64,000 nucleotides of DNA from an uncultured Candidatus Rokubacteria bacterium (GTDB lineage Bacteria; Methylomirabilota; Methylomirabilia; Rokubacteriales; CSP1-6): the NCBI GenBank assembly GCA_963758635.1, contig CAVWWD010000004.1:224001-288000 (forward strand), in the 5' to 3' direction. Both the position numbers and the translations under genes were made by a program. Positions within the stretch are counted from its first letter, which is position 1. Each line of letters starts with the position of its first letter. Positions 1 to 10,512 of this stretch are shown here, piece after piece. Under the pieces are notes generated by a model. The model was given only the letters and a program-made list of their open reading frames with translations. It searched no databases and was not told the DNA's origin.

Positions 1-1222
1 TCGTGCTCGACGTGGACCTGACGCTGACCCCCCAGGCGGTGCTCGGGGGCGGCCGCGACACCGGCGCCGAGTTCTGGGGCAACGCCGACTACACGCTGAA
101 CGTGGATACCGGGAAGCTCGGTCTCTGGCCGGGGGGCTTCCTCAAGGTCTACGCGGGGAGCAGCTTCGGCGAGAGCGTGTCCGACCGGGCGGGCGCGATC
201 GTGCCGGTGAACACGATGCTGCTCATCCCGGACCCGAACGAGCCGAGCACCGGGCTCATGCACGCCACCTTCACGCAGTTCCTCAGCCCGAGGTTCGGCG
301 TGACCGCCGGCAAGATCTTCACCCTCGACGCCCCCGGCGAGTTCGCGGGCGACTACCGCACGCAGTTCCTCAACACCGGGCTGAGCATCCCCATGAGCCT
401 CGCCATGGTGCCCATCTCGGCATATGGAGGCGGCGTCATCGTGGTGCCGTGGGAGGGTGCGGTGCTGTCCGCGCTGGCGATCGACCCCAGCGGCACGGTC
501 AAGAACAACGACATCACGGATGCTTTCGACGATGGAGTGATGGTGATCGCCAACGCCCAGGTCGCGGTCGCACCGTTTGGCCTCCGCGGCAACCAGCGGG
601 TGGGCTTCATGTGGAGCGACAAGGAGCGCCTTTCGCTCACGCAGGAGCCTGGGAACCTCGCGCGGTTCATCGCCACAGAGACCTTCCCGCGGCTCGGCAA
701 CCCTGGCCCGGTCCTGCGCCGGATCCTGGAGCGGTTCTTTCCAGAGCTCCTGGTCCCGGTCCAGCCCGCGAACCGGGAGAGCAGCACCTGGGCGATGTTC
801 TACGGCTTCGACCAGTACCTCTGGCACCCGGGAGGCGACCGCTCCCGCGGGATCGGGATCTTCTTCACGTTCGGGACGAGTGATGGCGAGGCCAACCCCA
901 TCAAGTACTCCTACAGCATGGGGATCGGCGGCAAGGGCGTGATTCCGGGGCGCCCGGCGGACACCTTCGGGGTGGGCTGGGCCCGCACCGAGTTCAGCGA
1001 GCGACTTCGTGACGCTTCCTCCGCGAGCAACTCCGGCTCGGGCTCGAGCGAGAGGACGCGCTCGAGGTCTACTACAACTTCGCGATCACGGGTTGGCTGA
1101 ACGCGACCCTCGACCTGCAGGTGATCGAGCCCGCTCTGCAAAAGAAGCTGGGCTCGTCCGGCCGCCTGGAGAACGTGGACACGACCGTCGTGGCGGGTCT
1201 GCGCCTGCGGGCGCGCTTCTAG
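1..1222 (+). CDS. Carbohydrate-selective porin (OprB family), 5' end outside window, frameshift near 1010-1060
   Basis: ORF 3..1100 has beta-strand porin motifs (LGLWPGG, FDQYLW, GKGVIPGRPADTFGVG). Another frame continues EVYYNFAITGWLNATLDLQVI...GLRLRARF* to TAG at 1220-1222, ending in the terminal Phe typical of outer-membrane proteins. Confidence 0.85.
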
Positions 1223-1246
1223 GACAACTCAAAACGGGAGGGACAG

Positions 1247-1714
1247 ATGGCCAGGGTGAGGTCCGGAATGAAGGCCGCGTCGTTCACGCTCGGGGCCATG
1301 GTGTTGTCTTTGGTCGTGGGCCTGGGGTCGCTCGTCGTGGCCGCCGAGGCGCCGCTGGGCCGCTGGAAGTCGATCGACGAGAAGACCGGCAAACCAGTCT
1401 CCGAGGTCGAGCTGTACGAGCAGGGCGGCAAGCTCTTCGGCAAGATCGTGGGCTTGACCGAGCCCACCGACAAGGAAGGTAAGGCCAAGACGTGCACTCG
1501 CTGCACCGGCGCCGACAAGGACAAGCCGATCGTCGGGCTTGTCATCATCCGAGACCTCGCCCTGAGCGACGGACGATACAAGGGCGGCACCATCCTGGAC
1601 CCCGAGGACGGCAAAGTGTACAAGGCCGAGGTCTGGACCGAGGAAGGCAAGCTCAAGGTGCGCGGCTACCTCAGTATGTTCTACAAGACGCAGACCTGGC
1701 TCAAGGGCAATTGA
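1247..1714 (+). CDS. DUF2147 family exported protein
   Basis: Signal peptide; motifs GRWKSIDEKTGK, CxxC (CTRC), GGTILDPEDGKVY, LKVRGY, KTQTW. Confidence 0.9.
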   Translation: MARVRSGMKAASFTLGAMVLSLVVGLGSLVVAAEAPLGRWKSIDEKTGKPVSEVELYEQGGKLFGKIVGLTEPTDKEGKAKTCTRCTGADKDKPIVGLVIIRDLALSDGRYKGGTILDPEDGKVYKAEVWTEEGKLKVRGYLSMFYKTQTWLKGN

Positions 1715-1735
1715 GCTGGTGAGCGAGGAGGCCCC

Positions 1736-2494
1736 ATGGAGCCGCTCGGGATCGGCACGGTCGTGTCCATATGCACCCTCGGGGGTGCGCTGATCGGCAT
1801 GTGGCTGCGCGCGGTCTTGCCCGAGCATCATGTCCGCATTGAATCCCAGGACACCATGAAGCTCGGGATCGGGCTCGTCGCCACGCTGACTGCGTTGGTC
1901 CTTGGGCTGATGACCGCCTCGGCCAAGAGCGCCTTTGACGGTCTGAACGCCGCGATCAAGAGCACGGCCGCCGATGTCATCGCCGTCGATCGAGTCCTGG
2001 CTCGCTATGGATCCGAGACGAAGGATATCCGGGAGACGTTGAAGCGTGTCGTTGCCGAGCGGATCGAGACGATCTGGCCTCAGAGGCCCTCCCAGGGCGC
2101 CAAGCTCGGGGTGCCGGCAGTGGAAATGGGCGAATCGATCGTCGACCAGATTCGCGCGCTGGCGCCGCCGAACGATGCGCAGCGGCTGCTGCAGTCTCGT
2201 GCCCTCGATCAAATCGAGGCCTTGTTGAGAATGCGGTGGGCGGTGCTGGGTGAGCGCGGCACCTCGATCCCCTTGCCGTTTCTCATTGTTCTCGTGTTCT
2301 GGCTCACGATCATCTTCATGAGCTTCGGATTGCAGGCTCCAGCGAATGCAACCGTGCTCACCGTGCTGCTCCTCTGTGCGCTCTCGGTCGCGGGCGCGGT
2401 CTTCCTCATCGTGGAAATGGACGGACCATTCGACGGCTTGATCCAGGTGTCGCCAGAGCCGCTGCGTTTCGCGCTCACCCGTCTGGGCCAGTAG
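1736..2494 (+). CDS. DUF4239 / bestrophin-like membrane protein
   Basis: Four hydrophobic segments; motifs ALVLGLMTASAK and FLIVEMDGPFDGLIQVS; GAGGAG RBS upstream. Confidence 0.8.
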   Translation: MEPLGIGTVVSICTLGGALIGMWLRAVLPEHHVRIESQDTMKLGIGLVATLTALVLGLMTASAKSAFDGLNAAIKSTAADVIAVDRVLARYGSETKDIRETLKRVVAERIETIWPQRPSQGAKLGVPAVEMGESIVDQIRALAPPNDAQRLLQSRALDQIEALLRMRWAVLGERGTSIPLPFLIVLVFWLTIIFMSFGLQAPANATVLTVLLLCALSVAGAVFLIVEMDGPFDGLIQVSPEPLRFALTRLGQ

Positions 2495-3012
2495 GTGGTC
2501 GTCAGGCTCGAGCTCGTCGGCGAAAGGACATCACATCGCAGAACACCGCAGCGCACGTGAGCACGTGAGCCAGCCCTCTCAGCAGCGCCGCGGGCGCGGA
2601 GCGTCGGACGCAACAGCCGCGCGGAAGGCGGAGCACCCCGCCTCGCCCTAGGCGTTCTTCGCGGGTGAGAACGCGAACGTCGACGGCCAGGGCCTCACGA
2701 TCTGCCGCCAGCGCGGCTATCGCCGCGCCGTGCGCAGTCCGTGCCTCCGTCAGCGCGGCGGCGTACTGCGTGGTGGCTGCTTCCTGTTCGGCGCCGAGTG
2801 TCGCGACCTGGGCGGCGAGCGTGGGATCGCGACGGCGCAGGCGGTGTCGGAGTCGACAGTGGCGTGTGGCGTGACAGGGACGGCGGTGTCAGAGACGGCG
2901 GTGCCGGGAACGGCGGTGGTGCTCAAGACACGTCCCACGGTGCGGTGTTTCCCTCTTTGACGGACGTGTCACGCACGTTTCGGGCGCGTTCGCCCCAAAG
3001 ACTGTTGATTTC

Positions 3013-6000
3013 TCAGGAGCACCCCGTGGTCGTGCCGCACGTGATGCACTTCAGGCAGGTGCCGTTTCGCACCATCGTGAACTGCCCGCAGTCGCCGCAC
3101 GGGTCGCCCTCGTAGCCCTTGAGCTTGGCGATCTCGCTCGCGGTGAGGACGCGCGGAGCGTCGATGACCGCGCCGCTGCCGCCGCTGAGCGGCGCCGCCG
3201 GCCGGGCCGTCACCGCGCGCGAGACCGGCCGCGCGAGCACCGGACCGGACGGTCTCCGCGGCCACGGGCCCCTGTCCGGGCTTGGTGCCGAGGGCGTCGC
3301 TGCGCAGGTCGTCGTCGGGCACGTGGGAGAGGTCGGTGCGGCCCAGGTAGGTGAGGGCCAGCTCGCGGAAGACGTAGTCGATGACCGAGGTCGCCATCTT
3401 GATCCGGTCGTTGCCCTTGACCATGCCGTTGGGCTCGAAGCGCGTGAAGCAGAACGCGTCCACGAACTCCTCGAGCGGCACGCCGTGCTGCAGGCCCAGC
3501 GAGATCGCGATGGCGAAGCAGTTCATCAGGGAGCGGAAGGCCGCGCCCTCCTTGTGCATGTCCAGGAAGATCTCGCCGAGGCTTCCGTCCTCGTACTCGC
3601 CGGTGCGCAGGTACACCTTGTGCCCGCCCACGACGGCTTTCTGGGTGTAGCCGCCCCGCCGGTCGGGCAGCCGGTGGCGTTCGCGCAGGTACTTGGTGAC
3701 CACGCGCTCGGCCATCTTCTCGGCCACCGCCTCCACGTCCGCCTTGGCGACGGCCTCGTCCTCCTCGTCCGACGTGGAGTTGAGCGGCTGGGAGAGCTTC
3801 GAGCCGTCGCGGTAGAGGGCGACGGCCTTGAGCATCATCCGCCAGCCCGTCTCGTAGGCCCGCTTCACGTCCTCGATGGTCGCCTCGGCCGGCATGTTGA
3901 TGGTCTTGCTGATGGCGCCCGAGATGAACGACTGGGCGGCGGCCATCATCCGGATATGGGCGTCCACCGCGATGAAGCGCTGGCCCTTCTTGCCGCAGCG
4001 GTTGGCGCAGTCGAAGACGGCGAGGTGCTCGGCCCGGATGTGGGGCGCCCCCTCGACCGTCATGGTGCCGGAGCAGTAGTCGTTGGCCATCTCGATGTCG
4101 GCCGTCGTGAAGCCCAGCGCGCGGAGCAGGTTGCCGTTCCACTCGGCCAGGCGCGCCTCGTTCAGGCCCAGGCGCCGGCTCGCGTAGCCTTCGCCCAGCG
4201 TCCACTCGTTGAAGGCGAACTGGATGTCGAAGGCGCCGGCGAGCGCGGCCTCGATCCGGTCGAGGCCGTCCTGGTCGAAGCCCTTGGCGCGGAGCGTGTC
4301 GTGGTTGACGGCGGGCGCGCCGGCGAGCGTCTTGCGCCCCACGCAGTAGGCCACGATGTCGTCGATCTCGGACTGCGTGTAGCCCAGCTTGCCGAGGGCC
4401 TCGGGCAGGCTCTGGTTGATGATCTTGAAGTACCCGCCGCCCGCCAGCTTCTTGAACTTCACCAGGGCGAAGTCCGGCTCGATGCCCGTGGTGTCGCAGT
4501 CCATGACGAGCCCGATGGTGCCGGTGGGCGCCAGCACCGTCACCTGCGCGTTGCGGTAGCCGTGGGCCTCGCCGAGGGCGAGGGCACGGTCCCACACCTC
4601 GCGGGCGGCCTGGGCCAGCGGCATCGGGCAGTGCCGCGGATCGATGCCGAGGGGCGTCATGGTGAGCCCCTCGTAGTCGGCGCCGGGCGCGTTGTGCGCG
4701 GCGCGCCGGTGGTTCTTGATCACGCGGAGCATGGCGCCCCGGTTCTTCGCGTAGCCCGGGAACGGCCCCAGGTCGCGCGCGATCTCCGCCGAGGTGGCGT
4801 AGGCCTCGCCGGTCATGAGCGCGGTGATGGCGCCGCAGATGCCCACCGCCTCGCGGGAATCGTAGGGGATGCCCTGCCGCATCAGCAGCGTGCCCATGTT
4901 CGCGTAGCCGAGGCCCAGCGTGCGGAAGTCCCAGCTCTTCTGGGCGATGGGCGCGCTCGGATACGAGGCCATCAGCACGCTGATCTCGAGCACGGTGGTC
5001 CAGAGCCGGCAGGCGTGGCGGAAGCCCTCGACGTCGAAGCTCCCGTCCGGCCGCAGGAACTTCACCACGTTGATCGAGGCCAGGTTGCACGCCGTGTCGT
5101 CCAGGAACATGTACTCCGAGCAGTTGTGGACGACGACGCCCCCCGCGACGAAGTGGTGGGTGGCGTCCTCGGTGAGGTCGAACACGTCCTCCTCGCCAGC
5201 CGGCTCGATCGACGCCACCGCGTCCGTCAGCTCGTCGCGGTACGCGGCCACCTCGGCATTGAGGCGCGCCAGCGCCGCCGCCTTCGGGCTGTCCGGGTGG
5301 AAGCCGATCTCCCGCTCGAACAGGACGCGGGACGACCGGCTGATGCGGAGCGAGAACATCGGTTGCACGGGATACTCGCGCGTTCCGCCCTGTCCGTCCG
5401 GCAGGACGCTGGTGGTGGCGCTGCCGCGCCGATCGCCGTAGATCTTGGCCTTGATCCCGAAGGACAGCAGCAGGATCTGGACCTGGCGGAGAAGCTCCTC
5501 GGAGCTCGAGTCGAGCGAGACGTACTGCGACTTCTCCCCGTAGTTCGCCACCGTGCCGTCGGCCGTGAAGAGCCCGCGGAGGACCGCGGCGAGCCCCGGC
5601 CGGTCGAGGTCGAAGACCGCCGGGGTGAAGCGCTTGCGCTCCGACCCCTCGTCGAGCACGGCGAACCGGCGGAAGATGTCCACGACGGGGCGAGAGCCGA
5701 AGGCCAGCCGCGCTCCCGTGCCGGTCCTCGTCACGCCGACACCGTCGTTGCGGCCGACCGAGCCCGCCACCTTCAGGAGCGCCTTCTGCTCATTGAGCGC
5801 TTCGGCAACGGAGGCGAGGACCGCGGCCTCGTTCGCATGCATGGTCAGGATGACCTGGTGCTGGACGCGACCCTGGACGGTCGAGCTGACGAGGCATCCG
5901 TCGCCGACCGCCACGCCGACGCCGAGCGCCACGTGTGAGGGCAGGGTGGTGCGGCCGAAGCCAGGGCCCTGGAGGAACAGCCGATCGGTCGTGGTGAGGT

Positions 6001-7603
6001 CCTTCACCGCCACGTCGCCCCGCCCGACCGTGAGGACCCGGTGGTCCGCGGTGATCCGCAGCCGGTACCCTGACCGCGTCGTGAGCGTGAACACCGGCTT
6101 TCGGCCGGTCGGGAAGATGCGCGTCACGAGATGCGGCTGGCCGTCGGCGCCGATGATGCGGGCGGACGTGCCGACCAGCTCGTCGATGCGGCGCCAACCC
6201 TCGGCGGTGGCCACCGGGGTGTCGCCGGTCACGCACGGATTCGACGCGTTGATGCGGCCGTCCTCGGGGCAGGTGTGCCACTCGTTGATCGTGGTGTCGT
6301 ACTGCACGCCGGGATCGGCCGAGGCCCACGCCGCGTAGGCGATCTCGCTCCACATCTCGTCGGCGGGCACGCGGCGGGACACCTTGCCGTCGGTGCGCCG
6401 GGTGAGGGCCCAGTCGCCCTTCTTCTCGAGCGCCTCGAAGAAGCTGTTGGGCACGCGGACGCTGTTGTTCGCGTTCTGCCCGGCCACGGTCAGGTAGGCG
6501 TCGCTGTCCCAGTCCGTGTCGTACTCGGGGAAGACCAGGTCGGTGATGCCCTGGGCGGCGAGCTGGAGCGTCTTCTGGATGTAGGCCTCGGGCACCATGG
6601 CGGCCCGGGCCTCGCGGACGGCGGAGCGGAGCGCCGGGTTGGTCTTGGGATCCGCGTCGAGGTGGTCACCGGCGCGGCAGGCCGACACCACGGCCTGCAG
6701 GCGGCGCTTGCTCAGACGGGAGCCGGCCACGAGGGCCGCGACCTTCTGCTCCTCGACCGTCTTCCAGCGGATGAACTCCATCACGTCGGGATGGTCGAGG
6801 TCGAGGCAGACCATCTTCGCGGCGCGGCGCGTGGTGCCGCCGGACTTGATGGCGCCGGCGGCCCGGTCCCCGATCTTGAGGAAGGACATCAGGCCGGACG
6901 ACTTCCCGCCGCCGGAGAGCGGCTCGTTCTCGCTGCGGAGGCCCGAGAAGTTCGTGCCGCTGCCACTGCCGTATTTAAAGATCCGCGCCTCGCGCGTCCA
7001 GAGGTCCATGATCCCGCCGTCGTTGACGAGATCGTCGTTCACGGACTGGATGAAGCACGCGTGCACCTGCGGGCGCTCGTAGGCGGAGCTGGAGCGCGTG
7101 AGGACGCCCGTGTCCGGGTCGACGTAGTGGTGGCCCTGGGCGGGGCCGGCGAGGCCGTAGGCCCAGTGAAGGCCGGTGTTGAACCACTGCGGCGAGTTCG
7201 GCGCGGCCACCTGGGCGGCCAGCATGTGGCACAGCTCGTCCTGGAAGGCCTGGGCGTCCGCCGGGGTGTCGAAGTACCCGTGCTTCCCGCCCCAGTGGGT
7301 CCAGCAGCCGGCGAGCCGGTGGAAGACCTGCCGGGCGTCCCGCTCGCCTCCGAGCACGGGGCGTCCGTCCTTGTCCAGGACGGGCTTCCCGTCGGAGCCG
7401 ACCTGCGGCACCCCCGACCTCCTGAAGTACTTCTGGGCGAGGATGTCGGTGGCCACCGCCGACCACGCGGCGGGCACCGTGATCCCCTCCTGGCGGAAGA
7501 CCGTCGACCCATCCGGGTTCTTGATCTCCGAGACGCGGAGATCGAATTCCAGTCCGGTGTAGGGGCTCTGGCCTTCACGCGTGAACCGCCGAGAGATCTT
7601 CAT
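3013..7603 (-). CDS. nrdJ: Class II (adenosylcobalamin-dependent) ribonucleotide reductase, intein-containing, with C-terminal TSCPD and Zn-ribbon regions; frameshift near 3240
   Basis: ORF 2969..7603 motifs [62 protein letters not shown]. The true C-terminus (CGDC...[11 protein letters not shown]) lies in ORF 3013..3240. GGAGG RBS. Confidence 0.95.
5123..6235 (-). mobile_element. Intein (371 aa) with LAGLIDADG homing endonuclease, inserted in nrdJ
   Basis: Starts CVTGDT, has block B ITADH, two LAGLIDADG-like helices ([19 protein letters not shown]), ends VVVHN followed by Cys+1. Removing it restores NPCSE. Confidence 0.95.
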
Positions 7604-7653
7604 GCGACCCTCCTGGACCGTTACGGAAGCATTGCGGGCTCAAATGGAACGAT

Positions 7654-7701
7654 GCCCAACATATTGGGGTCAGCGGAGCCGAGTCAACCCTTATTTAGTG
7701 C
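7654..7701. promoter_or_regulatory. Tandem NrdR boxes upstream of nrdJ
   Basis: gccCAAcATaTTGggg (7654-7669) and aacCcttATtTaGtgc (7686-7701) match acaCwAtATaTwGtgt and lie 32 nt apart in an AT-rich patch. Confidence 0.8.
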
Positions 7702-7815
7702 TTGTGCCGATCTTCCCAAAGCTGAGGGGGGGGTCGGACGCGGGCGGGCGAACGCCGCTCAGACGCAGGGCGTCATGGACCGGGCCCACGGGCCGAGATC
7801 TACAATGAGCGGGCG

Positions 7816-8342
7816 ATGCGCTGGCTCGTGGACGGCTACAACGTGATCCGTCGCTCGCCGGAGATGGCCGCCCGGGAGCGCGAGAGCCTCGAGGCCGGAC
7901 GCCTCGCCCTCTGCCGCGCGCTGGCGGAGGCGGCGCGCGCCAGCGGCGACGAGTTCACCGTGGTGTTCGACGGCACGCACGCGCGCGGCCCCGGCTCAAG
8001 CGGCGGATGGGGCGTGCGCGTGGTCTTCTCCAGCGCTCGCGAGACCGCCGACCGGGTGCTGGCGCGGATGGCGCAGGGCGGCGGCGCGGTCGTCTCGAAC
8101 GATCGCGAGGTCAAGCGCGCGGCGCAGCGCGCCGGCGCGATCGCCATCGGCACCGACGACTTCCTGACCCGGCTGGAGCGCCTCTCGCGGCCCCCGGGCG
8201 CAGAGCGATGAGCCGGAAGGCGACAAGGAAGAGGAGGACGAGGACCGCGCCGGCAGGGGCTCCGAAGAAGGGGAATCCCCGCCGGCTGTCGAAGAAGCGG
8301 CGCGCGCAGGCGCGGGCGCTCGGCCGGCTGCGCCCCCGCTGA
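7816..8342 (+). CDS. NYN/YacP-like (PIN-fold) RNase domain protein; 3' end frameshifted
   Basis: WLVDGYNVI, VVFDG, ETAD and VVSNDREV motifs. An acidic then basic tail (KKGNPRRLSKKRR) continues in other frames to 8342. Confidence 0.8.
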
Positions 8343-8348
8343 CCCCGG

Positions 8349-9414
8349 TCAGTCCTCGTGGATCAGGCGGTACCGCCGCTGCAGGTACCCGTTCCGCACC
8401 GCGCTGTAGAAGTCGACCGTGGTCTCCTCGAAGCCCTGGAAGAGATCGAGGTTGAGCGACCGGTCGTTGACCGTGTCGATTATTTTCATCACGAGCCGCT
8501 CCCAGATGAACGGCAGCACGTAGCTGAGCGGGTCCATCGCCCCGTCCACCGCGTAGCCGATCCCGTCGCGGAAGGTGAGGGGAGCCATGAACGGCAAGAT
8601 CAGGTAGGGCCCGGGGGGCGTGCCCCACTTGCCCAGGGTCTGGCCGAAGTCCGCCTTGCTGGGCTCGATGTTCAGCTCCTGCTTCGCGATGTCCCAGAGC
8701 CCGCCGATCCCCGCCACGGAGTTGATGAGGAAGCGCGCCAGCTCGCGGCCGGCCCCCTCCCACTTGCCCTGCAGGAGGCTGTTGACCATGCGCGGGACGA
8801 AGTTGATGTTGGCGAAGGCGCGGCCGACCATGCGCTGGAGCTCATCCGGCATGACCACGTTGTAGACCGTTGGCGACGGGCTTGAAGACGTAGCGGTCCA
8901 CGTTGAGGTTGAACCTGAACATCACCTCGTTGAACTTCTCCAGCGGGTCGTACTCCTCGACCGGATCGTCGACGGCGCTCCGGGCCCCGGACGGCGTGTC
9001 CCCGGTCTGCGCCAGCCGCGTGTCGACCAGGCTCAGCGGCGAGGCGTCGGCGAGCGGGCTGGGGCCGGGATCCTCAGCGTCCGGCCCGGCGAGCGCCACC
9101 GGAACGCCGTCGGCCTCGACGGCCACTGACGCCGTCTCCGTCTCCGCGCCGATCGCCTCGTCGGGTTCCTGGACCAGCGCCGGGTCCGATTCCGCAACCC
9201 CGGCCGCCAGGAGCTCGCCGGGATCGGGGCCCGTGGGCTCGGTCGCCAGGAGCTCGCCGGCATCCGCTGCCGCGGGCTCGGTCGCCGCGGTGGTCGCGGA
9301 GGCGAGGGCGAGAGTGTCGGAGCTGAGGCCGCCGGAGAGGCTGCCGCAGCCGCTGAGGACCACGGCCATGACGCCAAAGACGAGGCTCGGTAGCCAAACA
9401 GATCTGGAGGGCAA
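8349..9414 (-). CDS. mlaA: MlaA/VacJ family lipoprotein; frameshift near 8860
   Basis: Lipobox LSGC; DPLEKFNEVMFRFN; RFLINSVAGIGGLWD; DFGQTLGKWG; GPYLILPF; YSAVRNGYLQRR. TTG start with AAGGAG RBS. Confidence 0.88.
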
Positions 9415-9708
9415 CGCCCGTCTCTCCTTGGAGGCCCGCTCGAGAAGGCTCAGCTCGATCGGGACAGAGTGCAATAGCACGTAAGCGCTACCGGACAACA
9501 CTCGGACGAGACTAGCGCGAAACGCGGATCTTTTCTATGGCCGATCTACAGGGCGAAGGCGAGGGGGCGAGCGGTGGGGGGCGGGAGGCTCGCTCCCGCC
9601 CCGGCCACCCTGGTTGTGCCGCAGCGCATGGCTGCGGGTCCCGGCATCGTCGGGACGTTTGAACAGCGCCGGGCGCGTCACCGGAGGTCGTTCGCCGAGG
9701 CCGTGGCC

Positions 9709-9762
9709 TCAGCTCGTGATGGGCTCCGGTGACGCCACTTGTGAGTCCGGTGGAGTGTCCAT
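9709..9762 (-). other. 17-codon small ORF (MDTPPDSQVASPEPITS) within a hairpin-rich intergenic region
   Basis: AAGGAGG Shine-Dalgarno 5 nt before the ATG; surrounded by several perfect inverted repeats. Confidence 0.35.
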
Positions 9763-9900
9763 GGTGGCCTCCTTCCGGGTGTGGTGATCTCGACGAGGGG
9801 GGCCGTGGGCCGCCCCTCGTGCCCACAGTGAAGACCCGCGACCCCGACGCTGTCAAGAGGCCAGAGCGGTCCCCCGCCCGTATATCATTCCCGAAAGCCC

Positions 9901-10500
9901 ATGACGGCCACGATGCTCCGGATCGCCCCCCTGTTGCTCCTGCTGGCCGCCGCGTCGCCGGCGCGGGGCACGACCGCGGAGGAGTCGCTGTGGGCGCTGC
10001 TCGCCGGCGGCGGCCACGTCGTGCTGATCCGTCACACCTCCACGGTGCCCGTCCCGGGCGGCGCATTCGATCCGCCGGGCTTCCGGCTCGAGGACTGCGC
10101 CACCCAGCGCCCGCTCTCGCCGCTCGGGCGCGAGGAGGCGCAGGGCATCGGCGCCTCCTTCCGCTTCCACCGGGTTCCGGTGGGCCGCGTGCTCTCGAGC
10201 CGGTGGTGCCGGTGCCTCGACACCGCGCGGCTCGCCTTCGGCGCCGTGGAGCCCTGGCCGGCGCTGGACTCCTTCTTCCACGACCGCGCGCTCGAGCCCG
10301 CGCAGACGCGGCAGCTCAGGGAGCGCGTGTCCGCGCGTCCGGCCACGGGGAACCTGGTGCTCGTCACCCATTCCGCGAACGTGACCGCGCTGACCGGCCT
10401 CCAGCCCGAGCCCGGCGAAATGGTGATCCTGGCTCCCGGAGGTCCGAACGGCTTCCGCGTGGCCGGACGCCTGCACCTGTCCGTGCGTCCGTCGGGCTGA
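9901..10500 (+). CDS. Exported histidine phosphatase (phosphoglycerate mutase superfamily)
   Basis: Signal peptide; VVLIRH, RPLSPLGR, SSRWCRCLDTA and LVTH motifs. Confidence 0.85.
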   Translation: MTATMLRIAPLLLLLAAASPARGTTAEESLWALLAGGGHVVLIRHTSTVPVPGGAFDPPGFRLEDCATQRPLSPLGREEAQGIGASFRFHRVPVGRVLSSRWCRCLDTARLAFGAVEPWPALDSFFHDRALEPAQTRQLRERVSARPATGNLVLVTHSANVTALTGLQPEPGEMVILAPGGPNGFRVAGRLHLSVRPSG

Positions 10501-10512
10501 AGAGACGCCGGC

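Noticed and set aside
2500..2960. Short GACGGCGGTG-type repeats and an Ala-rich helical reading frame downstream of nrdJ
   Set aside because: No convincing start, family motif or regular repeat-spacer pattern. It may be a remnant but cannot be supported.
3119..5938. Long antisense and alternate-frame ORFs (this one, 9853..12642, 15018..18170, 21747..24689 and similar)
   Set aside because: Shadow ORFs typical of very high GC DNA; they are Arg/Gly/Pro-rich and overlap genes with clear family motifs.
7604..7800. Cobalamin riboswitch upstream of the B12-dependent nrdJ
   Set aside because: No recognisable B12-box elements; the region is accounted for by NrdR boxes and divergent promoters.
9709..9711. 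Selenocysteine read-through of the small ORF stop codon
   Set aside because: The extension shows no redox motif or recognisable family, and there is no Cys homologue to support it.
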